Shown: one piece after another, positions 43,834 to 53,365 of the stretch | How positions within the stretch are numbered: the first letter of the stretch is position 1 | How the letters are laid out: every line of letters begins with the position of its first letter | IMG/VR virus record: IMGVR_UViG_3300042452_000459 | Coordinates: 1-54,585 of that record | Strand: one strand, 5' to 3' | DNA length: 54,585 nucleotides | Source: a virus | Taxonomy: Duplodnaviria; Caudoviricetes | Notes under the pieces: model-generated | Seen by the model: only the letters and a program-made list of their open reading frames with translations | Told to the model about the DNA's origin: nothing | Database searches by the model: none | Program-made: the position numbers and the translations under genes

Positions 43834-44165
43834 TTTATACTCCTGGTTTTGATAAAATATTCCGCATCCAATACAACTAAAGGTTTTTTACCGTTCTTTT
43901 TGATAAAAACTATAGGTTCATAGTCTTTACAATTAGAACAAGCCTGTTCGTATGCGTCCCAAATATTTAGTTTCTCTTGGTTCTTGCATTCTATTGAAAA
44001 TGGAAACTTTTGCCTAGCATCCCTTGCCATGATAAGATCTTCGCCACCTGCTCCCATACTACGACTTTCAATGTCTTCAGGATGCACTTCAAGATGCTCA
44101 ATCAGTTGATCACGAACCCATTGTTGCAATCTTCTGCCTTTCGCTTTAGCAGATTGTGGACGCAT
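43830..44165 (-). CDS. Conserved T4-like PD-(D/E)XK nuclease-like protein
   Basis: SAKAKGRRLQQWV, MGAGGEDL and SIECKNQE motifs. Confidence 0.8.
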   Translation of the reverse strand: MRPQSAKAKGRRLQQWVRDQLIEHLEVHPEDIESRSMGAGGEDLIMARDARQKFPFSIECKNQEKLNIWDAYEQACSNCKDYEPIVFIKKNGKKPLVVLDAEYFIKTRSIK

Positions 44166-44190
44166 AAAAAAATACTATTTCTAATATTTA

Positions 44191-44760
44191 TTACCAAACC
44201 CAAGATACCCAAGAATATCTAATACCCATAATTACTGGTTCAACACGATGGGGATATAAAAAATTTGAAGGAAAAATTAAAATATCTCCTGTTTTTGTAT
44301 TAATTTTTTGATTGCAAAGATATAAATCTCCCCCATCATAATCATCATTCAAAAATCCTAACAGGGTCAAAATTGGTATCCCTTTTCTATTTCCATCAAA
44401 TATTGTATGAATATGGTCTACATGCTGATCCATTCTATGCCCCACACTATATCGATTAAACCGAGGAGTAGTCCAATATTCTTTTGTCCTATCACTAAAT
44501 TTCACATAGTTAACATTAATTTTCATGTCATACCGTTTTAGAGCATATGGAATTTTAGTATCAATTACTCTAGAAATAGTATTATCTTTAAGTATATCTA
44601 ATTCATTAATACTATTATCTGTATTTTGTCCCGTAAGATTATTATTGTAATGATGTCTATAAAATAGTTTAGTATTTAAATTATCGATTAAATTTAAACA
44701 AATTTCTTTACTAAGAAAATTATCAATCTTCAAAACGTAGTTAGAAATTTTTTCATCCAT
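44191..44760 (-). CDS. 2OG-Fe(II) oxygenase
   Basis: HVD, LNDDYDGG, FPSNFLYPHRV and RYSWVSW motifs. Confidence 0.88.
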   Translation of the reverse strand: MDEKISNYVLKIDNFLSKEICLNLIDNLNTKLFYRHHYNNNLTGQNTDNSINELDILKDNTISRVIDTKIPYALKRYDMKINVNYVKFSDRTKEYWTTPRFNRYSVGHRMDQHVDHIHTIFDGNRKGIPILTLLGFLNDDYDGGDLYLCNQKINTKTGDILIFPSNFLYPHRVEPVIMGIRYSWVSWVW

Positions 44761-44764
44761 AAAC

Positions 44765-45928
44765 TTAATCTATAAATGGATGCATAACGCCTCCAGTTCC
44801 AGTCTCATGATATCCTTCGTGAACTTCCTTTTCCTTAGAACACATATATCCACACATTGATAAATCACCATTATGTTCACGCATTTTCCAAGATCTTTCA
44901 AGACGTTCTCTATAAAAAGGAGAATTCATAATTTCGTCCCAAGTAGAATGATATAAAGATATTGATTTTATTCCACCCTGATCTTCAATCAAGTTAGCGA
45001 CTGAATTATAGTACATGTTAGTTCTTCTGTGATATTCATCTTTTTTAGGTTTTGAATTTGGATCTCCAGTTTCATAGAATTCTTTATATACTCTTCTACA
45101 TTCATGCGAAAAATAACAACATGGATGAACAACACCTCTACTGTCAATGATCATTTCGTTTACAAAACCACCTTTACCATCATCAACAGCAGCACATCTA
45201 ACATCAGTTGGTGTTAATGGTGATCCCAACTTCATTACATTTTTACTGTTGGATCCTGGTTCAAGAACTACATGCTTTCCTTCCCAAGTATACTGTAGAG
45301 TATTATTACTATCAATGAATCCTGCAGTTGGTCTATGGCAAAAATATTTAAATCCATAGATTTTAGACAGTGATTTACATTTTTCTATTTGATCCTCATT
45401 ATGCTTGAATACAAGCATTCTCCATTCAGCAGTTCCTCCACCACGAATGAATGCTTTTGCATTTGATATTACAGTTTTATAATCTACACCAACTCTATAA
45501 AGACTTAGTGTATCTTGAAGTCCATCGATAGCAAAAGTTAATTTTGAATTTGGTATTTTAGAAAATACTTTACCCAGTTCTTCCCACCATCCTGGATAAT
45601 GAGTACCACCATTAGTGCTCATACTAAGTTCAATATTTGGATTACATTCTCCAATATATTCTATAATCTTATGAATATCTTTACATAAAGAAGAATCACC
45701 ATAAGATCCATTAATTCTTATAAGAAAAACTCTTTCCTTTAAAAAAGATGGACTAAACCAGTTTTTAAAATCAAAAAAGGATACCTGATGTCTATCCACC
45801 GATTTTGGTGGAATAAGACCATCTCGGGTATCCCTAAATCTAGAACATGCAGGACATCTTGAATTACAAAAATCTGAAAGTTCAATCTGAAGTTCAAACT
45901 TTTGCTTTTGTCTTAAATTATAAAACAT
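44765..45928 (-). CDS. Radical SAM/SPASM-like protein, paralog of 12930..14045
   Basis: CNSRCPAC, STNGG, FAIDGL, AEWRMLVFKHNE, HPCC and CGYMC motifs. Confidence 0.88.
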   Translation of the reverse strand: MFYNLRQKQKFELQIELSDFCNSRCPACSRFRDTRDGLIPPKSVDRHQVSFFDFKNWFSPSFLKERVFLIRINGSYGDSSLCKDIHKIIEYIGECNPNIELSMSTNGGTHYPGWWEELGKVFSKIPNSKLTFAIDGLQDTLSLYRVGVDYKTVISNAKAFIRGGGTAEWRMLVFKHNEDQIEKCKSLSKIYGFKYFCHRPTAGFIDSNNTLQYTWEGKHVVLEPGSNSKNVMKLGSPLTPTDVRCAAVDDGKGGFVNEMIIDSRGVVHPCCYFSHECRRVYKEFYETGDPNSKPKKDEYHRRTNMYYNSVANLIEDQGGIKSISLYHSTWDEIMNSPFYRERLERSWKMREHNGDLSMCGYMCSKEKEVHEGYHETGTGGVMHPFID

Positions 45929-46634
45929 TTTGAAGGATCATCTCTTTAGTCCCATTGCACTCACGAGTGTATAATATATTATAATCATTAATCCATTTTG
46001 GTAAATTAATTTTTTTGTTAAAATGCCACTCTATTATAATGAGATTTACAAAATCTGGCATTTTTTTATTTAAAATATTCCATTCAGCTCCTTGTATATC
46101 TATTTTTACAACAGTTGGACGATATTTTTTTAATAAAGTATGAAACGAATAGCAATTAACTAATATTTCTTCAAATGTTTGACTTAAAAAAATATTTTTA
46201 TTTGTTGTATTATAGTATAATAATTTTGATTTTCGTTCTTTAATATTATCATGTACAATAGTACTAATTGAAGGATCTATATTAGATTTATAAAAAATTA
46301 CATTATTATCACTATCATTTACTGCCGCTTGAAGTATTAGGATTTTATCTTCATCCAAATCTTTAAAATTATTTTTTAAGCACTCTATGAGATCAGGATT
46401 AGGTTCAACGCAAATTACTTTTTTTGCTCCACAGTCAAAAAATTTTTTTGCCATACATCCAATATGAGACCCCAAATCCAAAACAACACAGTCTTTAATT
46501 AATTCTTTATAAGTATCAATATTTCCATAACATGTGCCATTATAAATTAAATCAATCACTTTATTATCATAGAATTCATGGATTTTATCTAAATTTCTTA
46601 TATAAAATCCCTGATTTCCCAACTTAATATTCAC
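45918..46634 (-). CDS. FkbM-family methyltransferase
   Basis: LDLGSHIG, VEPNP, KIDIQGAEW and IEWH motifs. Confidence 0.85.
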   Translation of the reverse strand: MNIKLGNQGFYIRNLDKIHEFYDNKVIDLIYNGTCYGNIDTYKELIKDCVVLDLGSHIGCMAKKFFDCGAKKVICVEPNPDLIECLKNNFKDLDEDKILILQAAVNDSDNNVIFYKSNIDPSISTIVHDNIKERKSKLLYYNTTNKNIFLSQTFEEILVNCYSFHTLLKKYRPTVVKIDIQGAEWNILNKKMPDFVNLIIIEWHFNKKINLPKWINDYNILYTRECNGTKEMILQNVL

Positions 46635-47845
46635 AATTGAAATCCAGCAAATGTATCTTTCTTCATGTCTTGCTTAATGCCACCAACTAAGTAACTTTCT
46701 ACTTCTGTTTCTTGTGGAGCAACTTGAAGACCCTTAGAAGAAATCCAGTGCTCAGTCCAAGGAAGTGGATTGTTCTTAGAAGAAATATCATAGATTGGTT
46801 TCAGTCCAATCGCCTTCATACGACGATTAGCAATCCATTCAACATAAGAACTAAGGAGTTTTTGGTTCAGACCAATCATTGATCCATCTTGGAATAGATA
46901 ATCTGCCCATTCCTTTTCTTGATCAACTGCCTTTCTAAACATTGCAACAATGTTTTCTTCTTCCTCTTTTGCAATCTGTTGCATATCAGCATCATCACCT
47001 TCTTTCCACTTATTCAAAATGTTTTGAGTAAGTACAAGATGCTGATTTTCATCTCTAGCAATTAGGGAAATAATCTTTGCAGATCCTTCCATTACTTTTA
47101 GTTCACCAAAAGCAAATGAACATGCAAACGAAACATAAAAGCGAATACCTTCAAGGATGTTAACATTAGCAACTGCTCTATAAAGTTTACGCTTTAGTTC
47201 GTAAAGTTCATTTCTAGCAGAAGGTACACCCTCACTCACAAACTTCCACTGATTACCACTATCATATGCATGAGCAGCATTGATAAAATCATTATAAGAT
47301 TCGGTTACACTTTTAGCACGATCCAAAATCTTTTGATCATCTAAGATTGTATCAAAGACTTCAGAAGGATCCGAATAAACATTCTTGATAATGTAAGTAT
47401 AAGAACGACTATGGATCATCTCCATAAATTCCCATACCTTCATAGCACCTTCTAGTTCTGGTAATGAGCAGTATGGTGCAAATGCCATACTAGGTCCACG
47501 ACCCTGAACACTATCAAGAAGAACTTGATACTTTAAATTAGAAGTAAAGATATGTTTTTGTTCGTCTCTTAGTGTCTGGTAGTCGCTACGATCCTTTTGC
47601 AAGGATACTTCTTCTGGACGCCAGAAATAACTAAGTTGTTGATTGGTTAGTTTTTCAAATACTGGGTATTTGTAGCTATCGTATCTTTGGATACCTAATG
47701 GTTGTCCAAAAAACATTGGTTCTTTTTTTGTATCAACTTGAGCATCATTAAAAACGGTCATTCCGTCGATGGCCATTTTTGTGGGTTGCGGTGGGTTGAT
47801 CCTAAATTTATTAGATTTTACACGATTCGCAGTCTTCTTCTTCAT
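46631..47845 (-). CDS. nrdB: Ribonucleotide reductase class Ia beta subunit
   Basis: FWRPEEV, DSVQGR, EMIHSRSY, EGIRFYVSF, RDENQH and QVAPQETE motifs; start uncertain. Confidence 0.96.
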   Translation of the reverse strand: MKKKTANRVKSNKFRINPPQPTKMAIDGMTVFNDAQVDTKKEPMFFGQPLGIQRYDSYKYPVFEKLTNQQLSYFWRPEEVSLQKDRSDYQTLRDEQKHIFTSNLKYQVLLDSVQGRGPSMAFAPYCSLPELEGAMKVWEFMEMIHSRSYTYIIKNVYSDPSEVFDTILDDQKILDRAKSVTESYNDFINAAHAYDSGNQWKFVSEGVPSARNELYELKRKLYRAVANVNILEGIRFYVSFACSFAFGELKVMEGSAKIISLIARDENQHLVLTQNILNKWKEGDDADMQQIAKEEEENIVAMFRKAVDQEKEWADYLFQDGSMIGLNQKLLSSYVEWIANRRMKAIGLKPIYDISSKNNPLPWTEHWISSKGLQVAPQETEVESYLVGGIKQDMKKDTFAGFQL

Positions 47846-50108
47846 TGGTATTCAGTAGTTCAGATACTAGTGATTTGATATCAGGCTTATGATCTATTTC
47901 GTCGCTCTTGTTATCATAAGTGTTCTGATAATAACTTGTTTTCCACCCATACTTATATGTAGTCAAAAAGTCTTGTGCCATAACAGACACTGGAACTTCA
48001 TTGTCAGAATAGTTTTGTGGATTATAAGACCAGTTTCCAGAAATTGCTTGGTCAAAAAACTTCTGCATCACAGCAACAGTGTTAATATAACCACGGTTGC
48101 TAGGCATATCCCACAGAAGCGTATAATTGTTTTTAAGCGTATGGTACTGAGGAACGATTTGCTTGAGTGGTCCCTTCTTAGATTTCTTAACGGACAGGTA
48201 ATCTCTAGGTGGTTCGATACCGTTCGTTGCGTTTGACACAACGGAACTGCTCTCCGATGGCATCTGTGCGGACAGTGTTGAGTGCCTGAGACCGTGTTCC
48301 ACGATGGATGTTCTAAGAGTTTCCCAATCATGCTCTAAAGAAATAGAAGTGATTTCATCTACATCCTTCTTATATGTATCGATTGGCAGAATGCCATCTG
48401 CATACTTAGTATTCTGGAATGCTGAACATGCTCCTTTTTCTTTTGCAAGTTGATTAGAAGACTTCAATAGGAAGTATTGGAAACTTTCAGAAAGTCCGTG
48501 AATAGCATCCCATGCTTCTTGACTATCATACTTACAACCAAGTTTAGCAAGATAATGTGCTAAACCAATAAATCCAATCCCAAGAGAACGACGTGCTTTA
48601 GTTCCAATCTCAGCGGCAATAATTGGATATTGCTGATAATCAATCAGTTCATCAAGAGCACGTACAGACAAGTCACAAAGATTTTCTAACTCCTCATCAG
48701 ACTTAACCTTACCAACATTCACAGCCGATAAAATGCATAATGCAATCTCGCCATTTTCTGCATCGATATGCTGAAGTGGTTTGGTAGGAAGAGTAATTTC
48801 TTGACACAGATTGCTCATCTCAACTTTATCCTTGAAGGATGAATGAGAATTGCAATGGTCAATATTCATGATGTAGATACGACCTGTCTCAGCACGTTCT
48901 TTGAGGAGATCAAGAATGAGTTCTTGCGCTTTGACAGTCTTTTTCGGAATGGACGGATCGTTCTCATATTGTACATAGATATCGTCAAACTCAGGGTATC
49001 CAAAGCGATCATACAATCCAGGTACATCATGTGGAGAGAACAACGTGATCTCACCATCTTGAATAAATCTTTCATAAAAAATCTTACTGATTTGAATTGA
49101 GTAATCTAGTTTACGAACACGATTATCTTCGGTTCCTTTGTTATTTTTTAGTACTATAATGTCTTGGATTTCTTGGTGCCAGATTGGGAAGTGGACTGTC
49201 GCGCTTCCTCCTCGTATACCATTTTGCGTGCAACAACGGACAGTTGCTTCAAACTTTTTGAGAAACGGTACAACTCCAGTGTGAGATACTTCCCCACCTC
49301 TAATTTTGCTGTTGATGCCACGGATGCGACCTGCGTTGATACCGATACCCGCCCTTTGTGCAACGTATCTGCCAATAGCCATATCACTGCTAAAGATGCT
49401 ATCGAGGGTGTCATCAACATCAACAAGAACACAGCTAGCGAATTGTCTAAGTGGCGTCCTAACGCCTGCCATAATGGGGGTAGGAATGTTGATCCTGTGC
49501 TTGCTGATTGCGTCGTAGTATCGTTTGACATATGATAGTCTGGTTTCTTGTGGATACTCTGCAAAGATCGTCATTGAGATCAATGCATACATGAACTGAG
49601 GTAGTTCAAAGATCTTTGATGAACTTCTATCTTGCACAAGATACTTATCTACAACTTGACGTAGACCTGCATATGTAAACAAGTAATCACGATCATGATT
49701 GATGAAAGTATCAATCTTATCAATCTCTGCTTCTGTATATTTAGTGAGAACTTCTGCATCATATACACCCAAATCTACACACCTTTTGATGTGATCCTTG
49801 AGTGCAATAATTTCTTCCCTTCTACCACATAGTTGCTTTCTGATAGCAAAGAGAAGTAATCTTGCTGCTACAAATTGATAATTAGGATTTTCTAGATCAA
49901 TCAAGTCTGAAGCACTACGGATCAAAATTTCTTGGATCTCTGCAGTAGTGATACCATCATAAAATTGAATACCAGAATTGATTTCTACCTGTGATGCAGA
50001 AACGCCAGCAAGATCTTTGCAAGCTTCTTCTACCATTACATGTAGTTTATCAAGGTTCAATCTCTCAATAGAACCGTCTCGCTTTTTGACTGTTATTCCG
50101 TTGCTCAT
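47811..50108 (-). CDS. nrdA: Ribonucleotide reductase class Ia alpha subunit with ATP cone
   Basis: VKKRDG ATP cone, QFASCV, SNLCQEI, MPSESSS and C-terminal CESC. Confidence 0.97.
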   Translation of the reverse strand: MSNGITVKKRDGSIERLNLDKLHVMVEEACKDLAGVSASQVEINSGIQFYDGITTAEIQEILIRSASDLIDLENPNYQFVAARLLLFAIRKQLCGRREEIIALKDHIKRCVDLGVYDAEVLTKYTEAEIDKIDTFINHDRDYLFTYAGLRQVVDKYLVQDRSSSKIFELPQFMYALISMTIFAEYPQETRLSYVKRYYDAISKHRINIPTPIMAGVRTPLRQFASCVLVDVDDTLDSIFSSDMAIGRYVAQRAGIGINAGRIRGINSKIRGGEVSHTGVVPFLKKFEATVRCCTQNGIRGGSATVHFPIWHQEIQDIIVLKNNKGTEDNRVRKLDYSIQISKIFYERFIQDGEITLFSPHDVPGLYDRFGYPEFDDIYVQYENDPSIPKKTVKAQELILDLLKERAETGRIYIMNIDHCNSHSSFKDKVEMSNLCQEITLPTKPLQHIDAENGEIALCILSAVNVGKVKSDEELENLCDLSVRALDELIDYQQYPIIAAEIGTKARRSLGIGFIGLAHYLAKLGCKYDSQEAWDAIHGLSESFQYFLLKSSNQLAKEKGACSAFQNTKYADGILPIDTYKKDVDEITSISLEHDWETLRTSIVEHGLRHSTLSAQMPSESSSVVSNATNGIEPPRDYLSVKKSKKGPLKQIVPQYHTLKNNYTLLWDMPSNRGYINTVAVMQKFFDQAISGNWSYNPQNYSDNEVPVSVMAQDFLTTYKYGWKTSYYQNTYDNKSDEIDHKPDIKSLVSELLNTNEEEDCESCKI

Positions 50109-51085
50109 ATTTTCTTCCAGTTGTTAAACTTAATTTTTGCTTCTAAACCCGAGTATGTATTTGATTTTAACACATCCATAACATTAAGTCCAGCGAGCAC
50201 CATATCATTGATATCTTTCTGCTGAATACTTGTTGGCCAAATAATTACTTTATCACCTTTATCGATTGTTTTTGATATTCGATTAACGATTTCTTTGTTT
50301 CTAGGTTCGTTGTCGTAAACAAATGTACAATCAGGATAAAGTAACCTATCAAGTACAAAGTCACTGCCACACATTGCAATACTGTTTTGAACGAAAGTTG
50401 AGTCAAAAGGTCCCTCTGTAATATAAACTGTTTCACTTTTATTTACTGTATCAAGACCATAAACTTTGGGAAAATCCTCGTCAAGCATGACGGTAAGATA
50501 TTTAGGTTGTGCCCATGGATCAAGACTTCTGCCTTGAAAACCTATGAGTTCCTTTTCTTCGTTATAAAAAGGAATGATAATTCTCGCATGATCATTGCGA
50601 ATATCATCAAAGGTATGCTTGACTGTATTCGTAAATTCCTTAAATTTTTCTGCGTAGAAAAATTTTGTAGGATTAAGTTTTCTTTTTTTTAGGTAATCAC
50701 TCGATCTTGGATTTTCTGATGCTTGTGGTAGATTTATCTTTGTCTTCTTGGCAAAGACGGGTTGTTTAAACTCAAACTTTGGTTCTGGAGTATTAGTTGA
50801 TCTGCCTGTTAGTCCTTCTTTATACCGTTCAAGAACATATTGATCATATAAAGACTGATCAATATCTTTTAGAAAATATGTAAAAGACTTTGAAACTCCA
50901 CAGTTATGACACTTAAAATTATAGTCTGATTTCCGCTGATAGAAATATCCCCTGGTCCTATTTTTATTCCTTTTAGAATCTCCACAATAAGGACACCTAA
51001 AAGTATAAAGATTTTCTTTTCTTTTGGCGAATTTTTCTAAGCGAGCAGAAACCAGACCAATGTACTTATGGTCAACAAAAATCAT
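50105..51085 (-). CDS. gp61: DNA primase
   Basis: CPYCGDS...CHNC Zn finger, FQGRSL, EGPFDS, DNEPRN and KDINDM motifs. Confidence 0.95.
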   Translation of the reverse strand: MIFVDHKYIGLVSARLEKFAKRKENLYTFRCPYCGDSKRNKNRTRGYFYQRKSDYNFKCHNCGVSKSFTYFLKDIDQSLYDQYVLERYKEGLTGRSTNTPEPKFEFKQPVFAKKTKINLPQASENPRSSDYLKKRKLNPTKFFYAEKFKEFTNTVKHTFDDIRNDHARIIIPFYNEEKELIGFQGRSLDPWAQPKYLTVMLDEDFPKVYGLDTVNKSETVYITEGPFDSTFVQNSIAMCGSDFVLDRLLYPDCTFVYDNEPRNKEIVNRISKTIDKGDKVIIWPTSIQQKDINDMVLAGLNVMDVLKSNTYSGLEAKIKFNNWKKI

Positions 51086-51507
51086 CTAACATTCGCTGGT
51101 TTGTTATCCATTCTACTCTGAATGTTCTCGCCTGTCAATATACCTGAGGCAAGTGATACCATTGTCGTAACAATAAAACCAGCTGCCAATCCAACCCCAA
51201 CCGCGATCCACTTGAACTTTTTTAGCTCTTCCACCTTACTATCAACAGCATCGATACGATCACCTAAATCAACATCTTCTGCTTCAAGATCTTCTTTTAC
51301 TCCTCTGATCATTTCGACCATAAGAGTTTCTGTCTTGTTATGTTGATCTAATTTTTCATTATGGACTGCTAACATCTTTGAGACATTCTCTACTGCCTCT
51401 TTCATGACCTGAATAGCAGCATCTACTTTTTGTATTAGATGCTCTTGATAATCAGATCTCTGTTCTAATACTGCAACTTTACTTTTTACCTCTTGATTTC
51501 CTAACAT
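51082..51507 (-). CDS. Coiled-coil protein with C-terminal TM segment
   Basis: Heptad-rich; KMLAVHNEK; WIAVGVGLAAGFIV. Confidence 0.7.
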   Translation of the reverse strand: MLGNQEVKSKVAVLEQRSDYQEHLIQKVDAAIQVMKEAVENVSKMLAVHNEKLDQHNKTETLMVEMIRGVKEDLEAEDVDLGDRIDAVDSKVEELKKFKWIAVGVGLAAGFIVTTMVSLASGILTGENIQSRMDNKPANVR

Positions 51508-51700
51508 TTTTAATATCCTGCAGACGTTTACGGTAAAATAAATTCAATTTTCTACCATACTTACGCCTCAAATCCATTACAGGATCCAAACCAGCGACTG
51601 GATCTTTCGCTTTGCTACTAAATCCAGGATCTCCTGTTTTACCAGGATCTGTGTTCATCATTTCTTCTCTAATAATATTTATTATGCGCTCGATGTCCAT
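51479..51700 (-). CDS. Small hypothetical protein
   Basis: Likely start MDIERIINIIREE at 51700; PVAGLDPVM. Confidence 0.6.
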   Translation of the reverse strand: MDIERIINIIREEMMNTDPGKTGDPGFSSKAKDPVAGLDPVMDLRRKYGRKLNLFYRKRLQDIKNVRKSRGKK

Positions 51701-52071
51701 CAGATTGTATTGAGAATATGATTGCATTCATTATGAATTGGAATGTCATCTAATCCTGACTTAGGATAATCTGGTATTCTATTTAAAAACATCAAAAATG
51801 TTTTGATTAAAGACCAGTATTCCTTTTCAATTTTGAAAAACAAAAGAGGCACCGTTGCTTCACCAAATACATTGAAACAAATAATCAAATGGTTCAAGAT
51901 TAAATGGTGCCTTAGTTCGTTCTGTTCAAGATATTTCTTTAGCAATCTCTTGATATATTTGAAGCGTTTCAAATCCTCTTCAAACTCTTCCATAGTGGAA
52001 GCATGAGGATTTTCATAATGCTTTATAGCGAATAGAAGATGGTTATCTTCATTCAATTCATCAAATCTCAT
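51700..52071 (-). CDS. Conserved T4-like phage protein
   Basis: LFAIKHYENP, EFEEDLKRFKYIKRL and LILNHLI..FNVFG motifs. Confidence 0.8.
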   Translation of the reverse strand: MRFDELNEDNHLLFAIKHYENPHASTMEEFEEDLKRFKYIKRLLKKYLEQNELRHHLILNHLIICFNVFGEATVPLLFFKIEKEYWSLIKTFLMFLNRIPDYPKSGLDDIPIHNECNHILNTI

Positions 52072-52077
52072 TTATAA

Positions 52078-52926
52078 TTATTTGATTGTTAGTGTAGTTG
52101 TTCCGATGCCTACGCCTCTTACAGCATGAGGATATGTGCTAACTCCAGCGATACCACCACCAAAGAATGTTCCAGCACCGCCGACATTTCTAATCATGTC
52201 AGAAGTGAATGTTTTTCCTGCAGTTGAATTCTGGAAGTCAGTAATTGTTCCTACAACATTACCTGCAACGTGGACGTTTAGGATGGTTCCAATACCTAGA
52301 TTGGTTGTGAATTGGAATGCAATTCTATTGCCAATCTGACCATTGAAGTTCTTCATCATGGTGTATCCAAAACCAGTATCAGAACCTGCAGTACGTGTTC
52401 CGAAGTAAACTGGAACTTGTACATTTGGTGTCATCGATACAGCAGTACCAACAACAAACGAAGTTCCTGCACCAGTTGTTGCTCTGATATTTACAGTAGC
52501 GCCTGCTGAGCAGAAAACAGGTTCATTCCAAACAACATGAACAAATCCTGTAGCGGTTCCAATGCCTGTTGCAACGCCTGATCTAACAACTCTATTAGTA
52601 CCACCAGCACCGATGCTGATTGGTGATGCAACGTTTGGATCTTCAAAGAAAACTGCAACTGGTGTAGCAGCGCCTAGTCCAGTAATTCTGCTTCCGTTTG
52701 GATCTCTTGTAGTACCAAGACCAGAAACATGAACTAGAACTTCATCATAGTATGAAGTTGATAGACCAGAGTATACCTTGTCACCGTAATGTCTGTATAC
52801 CCAACCTCTTTGATCTGCAAAGCAATTATGAGGTGTTCTATTTCTGTCAACATCAATTAGATGCTTAGGAATGGCATAATAATTAGCAGCATACTCACTT
52901 TGAGTTGAAATTCCCCAAATTGCCAT
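52078..52926 (-). CDS. Probable virion structural protein (Gly/Thr-rich)
   Basis: MAIWG start, FADQRGWV, WNEPV and GIGT repeats; exact late promoter upstream. Confidence 0.65.
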   Translation of the reverse strand: MAIWGISTQSEYAANYYAIPKHLIDVDRNRTPHNCFADQRGWVYRHYGDKVYSGLSTSYYDEVLVHVSGLGTTRDPNGSRITGLGAATPVAVFFEDPNVASPISIGAGGTNRVVRSGVATGIGTATGFVHVVWNEPVFCSAGATVNIRATTGAGTSFVVGTAVSMTPNVQVPVYFGTRTAGSDTGFGYTMMKNFNGQIGNRIAFQFTTNLGIGTILNVHVAGNVVGTITDFQNSTAGKTFTSDMIRNVGGAGTFFGGGIAGVSTYPHAVRGVGIGTTTLTIK

Positions 52927-52956
52927 CTTAGTTTTTCCTATCGGTTTTGCTTGAAA

Positions 52957-52964
52957 TATTTATA
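52957..52964 (-). promoter_or_regulatory. T4 late promoter
   Basis: Exact TATAAATA. Confidence 0.75.
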
Positions 52965-52988
52965 AAAATACCACAACCGAAGTTGTGG
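52965..52988 (-). terminator. Rho-independent terminator with UUCG loop
   Basis: CCACAAC-TTCG-GTTGTGG followed by TATTTT. Confidence 0.75.
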
Positions 52989-53006
52989 CAAGGTTAGTTT
53001 ATTTAG

Positions 53007-53159
53007 CTACTTCTTTAGTATGGTTCTCAACAAATGAGAAGTAAAATCTATTATCCCATTCTGCTCAAACCGTTTTGTCTTTGCTAACCATTCAGATAAT
53101 GATAGCAACAGACCAAGTATGATCGTAAATCCCCAGTTTGTAACTAGGCAAGTGATCAT
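53007..53159 (-). CDS. 50-aa membrane peptide
   Basis: Hand-translated MITCLVTNWGFTIILGLLLSLSEWLAKTKRFEQNGIIDFTSHLLRTILKK*. Confidence 0.6.
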   Translation of the reverse strand: MITCLVTNWGFTIILGLLLSLSEWLAKTKRFEQNGIIDFTSHLLRTILKK

Positions 53160-53329
53160 GCTTGTGGTGCGAATAGCTTCTCTTTAACTAATGCAAGAAC
53201 AACATCGTCAATCGAGTTGTCGGTTGTTCTTACATACTTGGTTAAAAGATCGACAACCATTTGCTTTACAGCAGGATGTGTTGCGATTGAAATTACAAGT
53301 GGTTTTACCACTGCAACTACTGCTCCCAT
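53156..53329 (-). CDS. 57-aa hypothetical protein
   Basis: Hand-translated MGAVVAVVKPL...VVDLLTKYVRTTDNSIDDVVLALVKEKLFAPQA*; GGAGG SD; ATGA coupling. Confidence 0.7.
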   Translation of the reverse strand: MGAVVAVVKPLVISIATHPAVKQMVVDLLTKYVRTTDNSIDDVVLALVKEKLFAPQA

Positions 53330-53365
53330 GATACCCTCCGAGATTTTGTTGGATATTATCCTATT

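Noticed and set aside
47889-49564. Alternate-frame and antisense ORFs within nrdA
   Set aside because: Entirely inside an intact nrdA and not protein-like; no intron or intein evident in nrdA/nrdB
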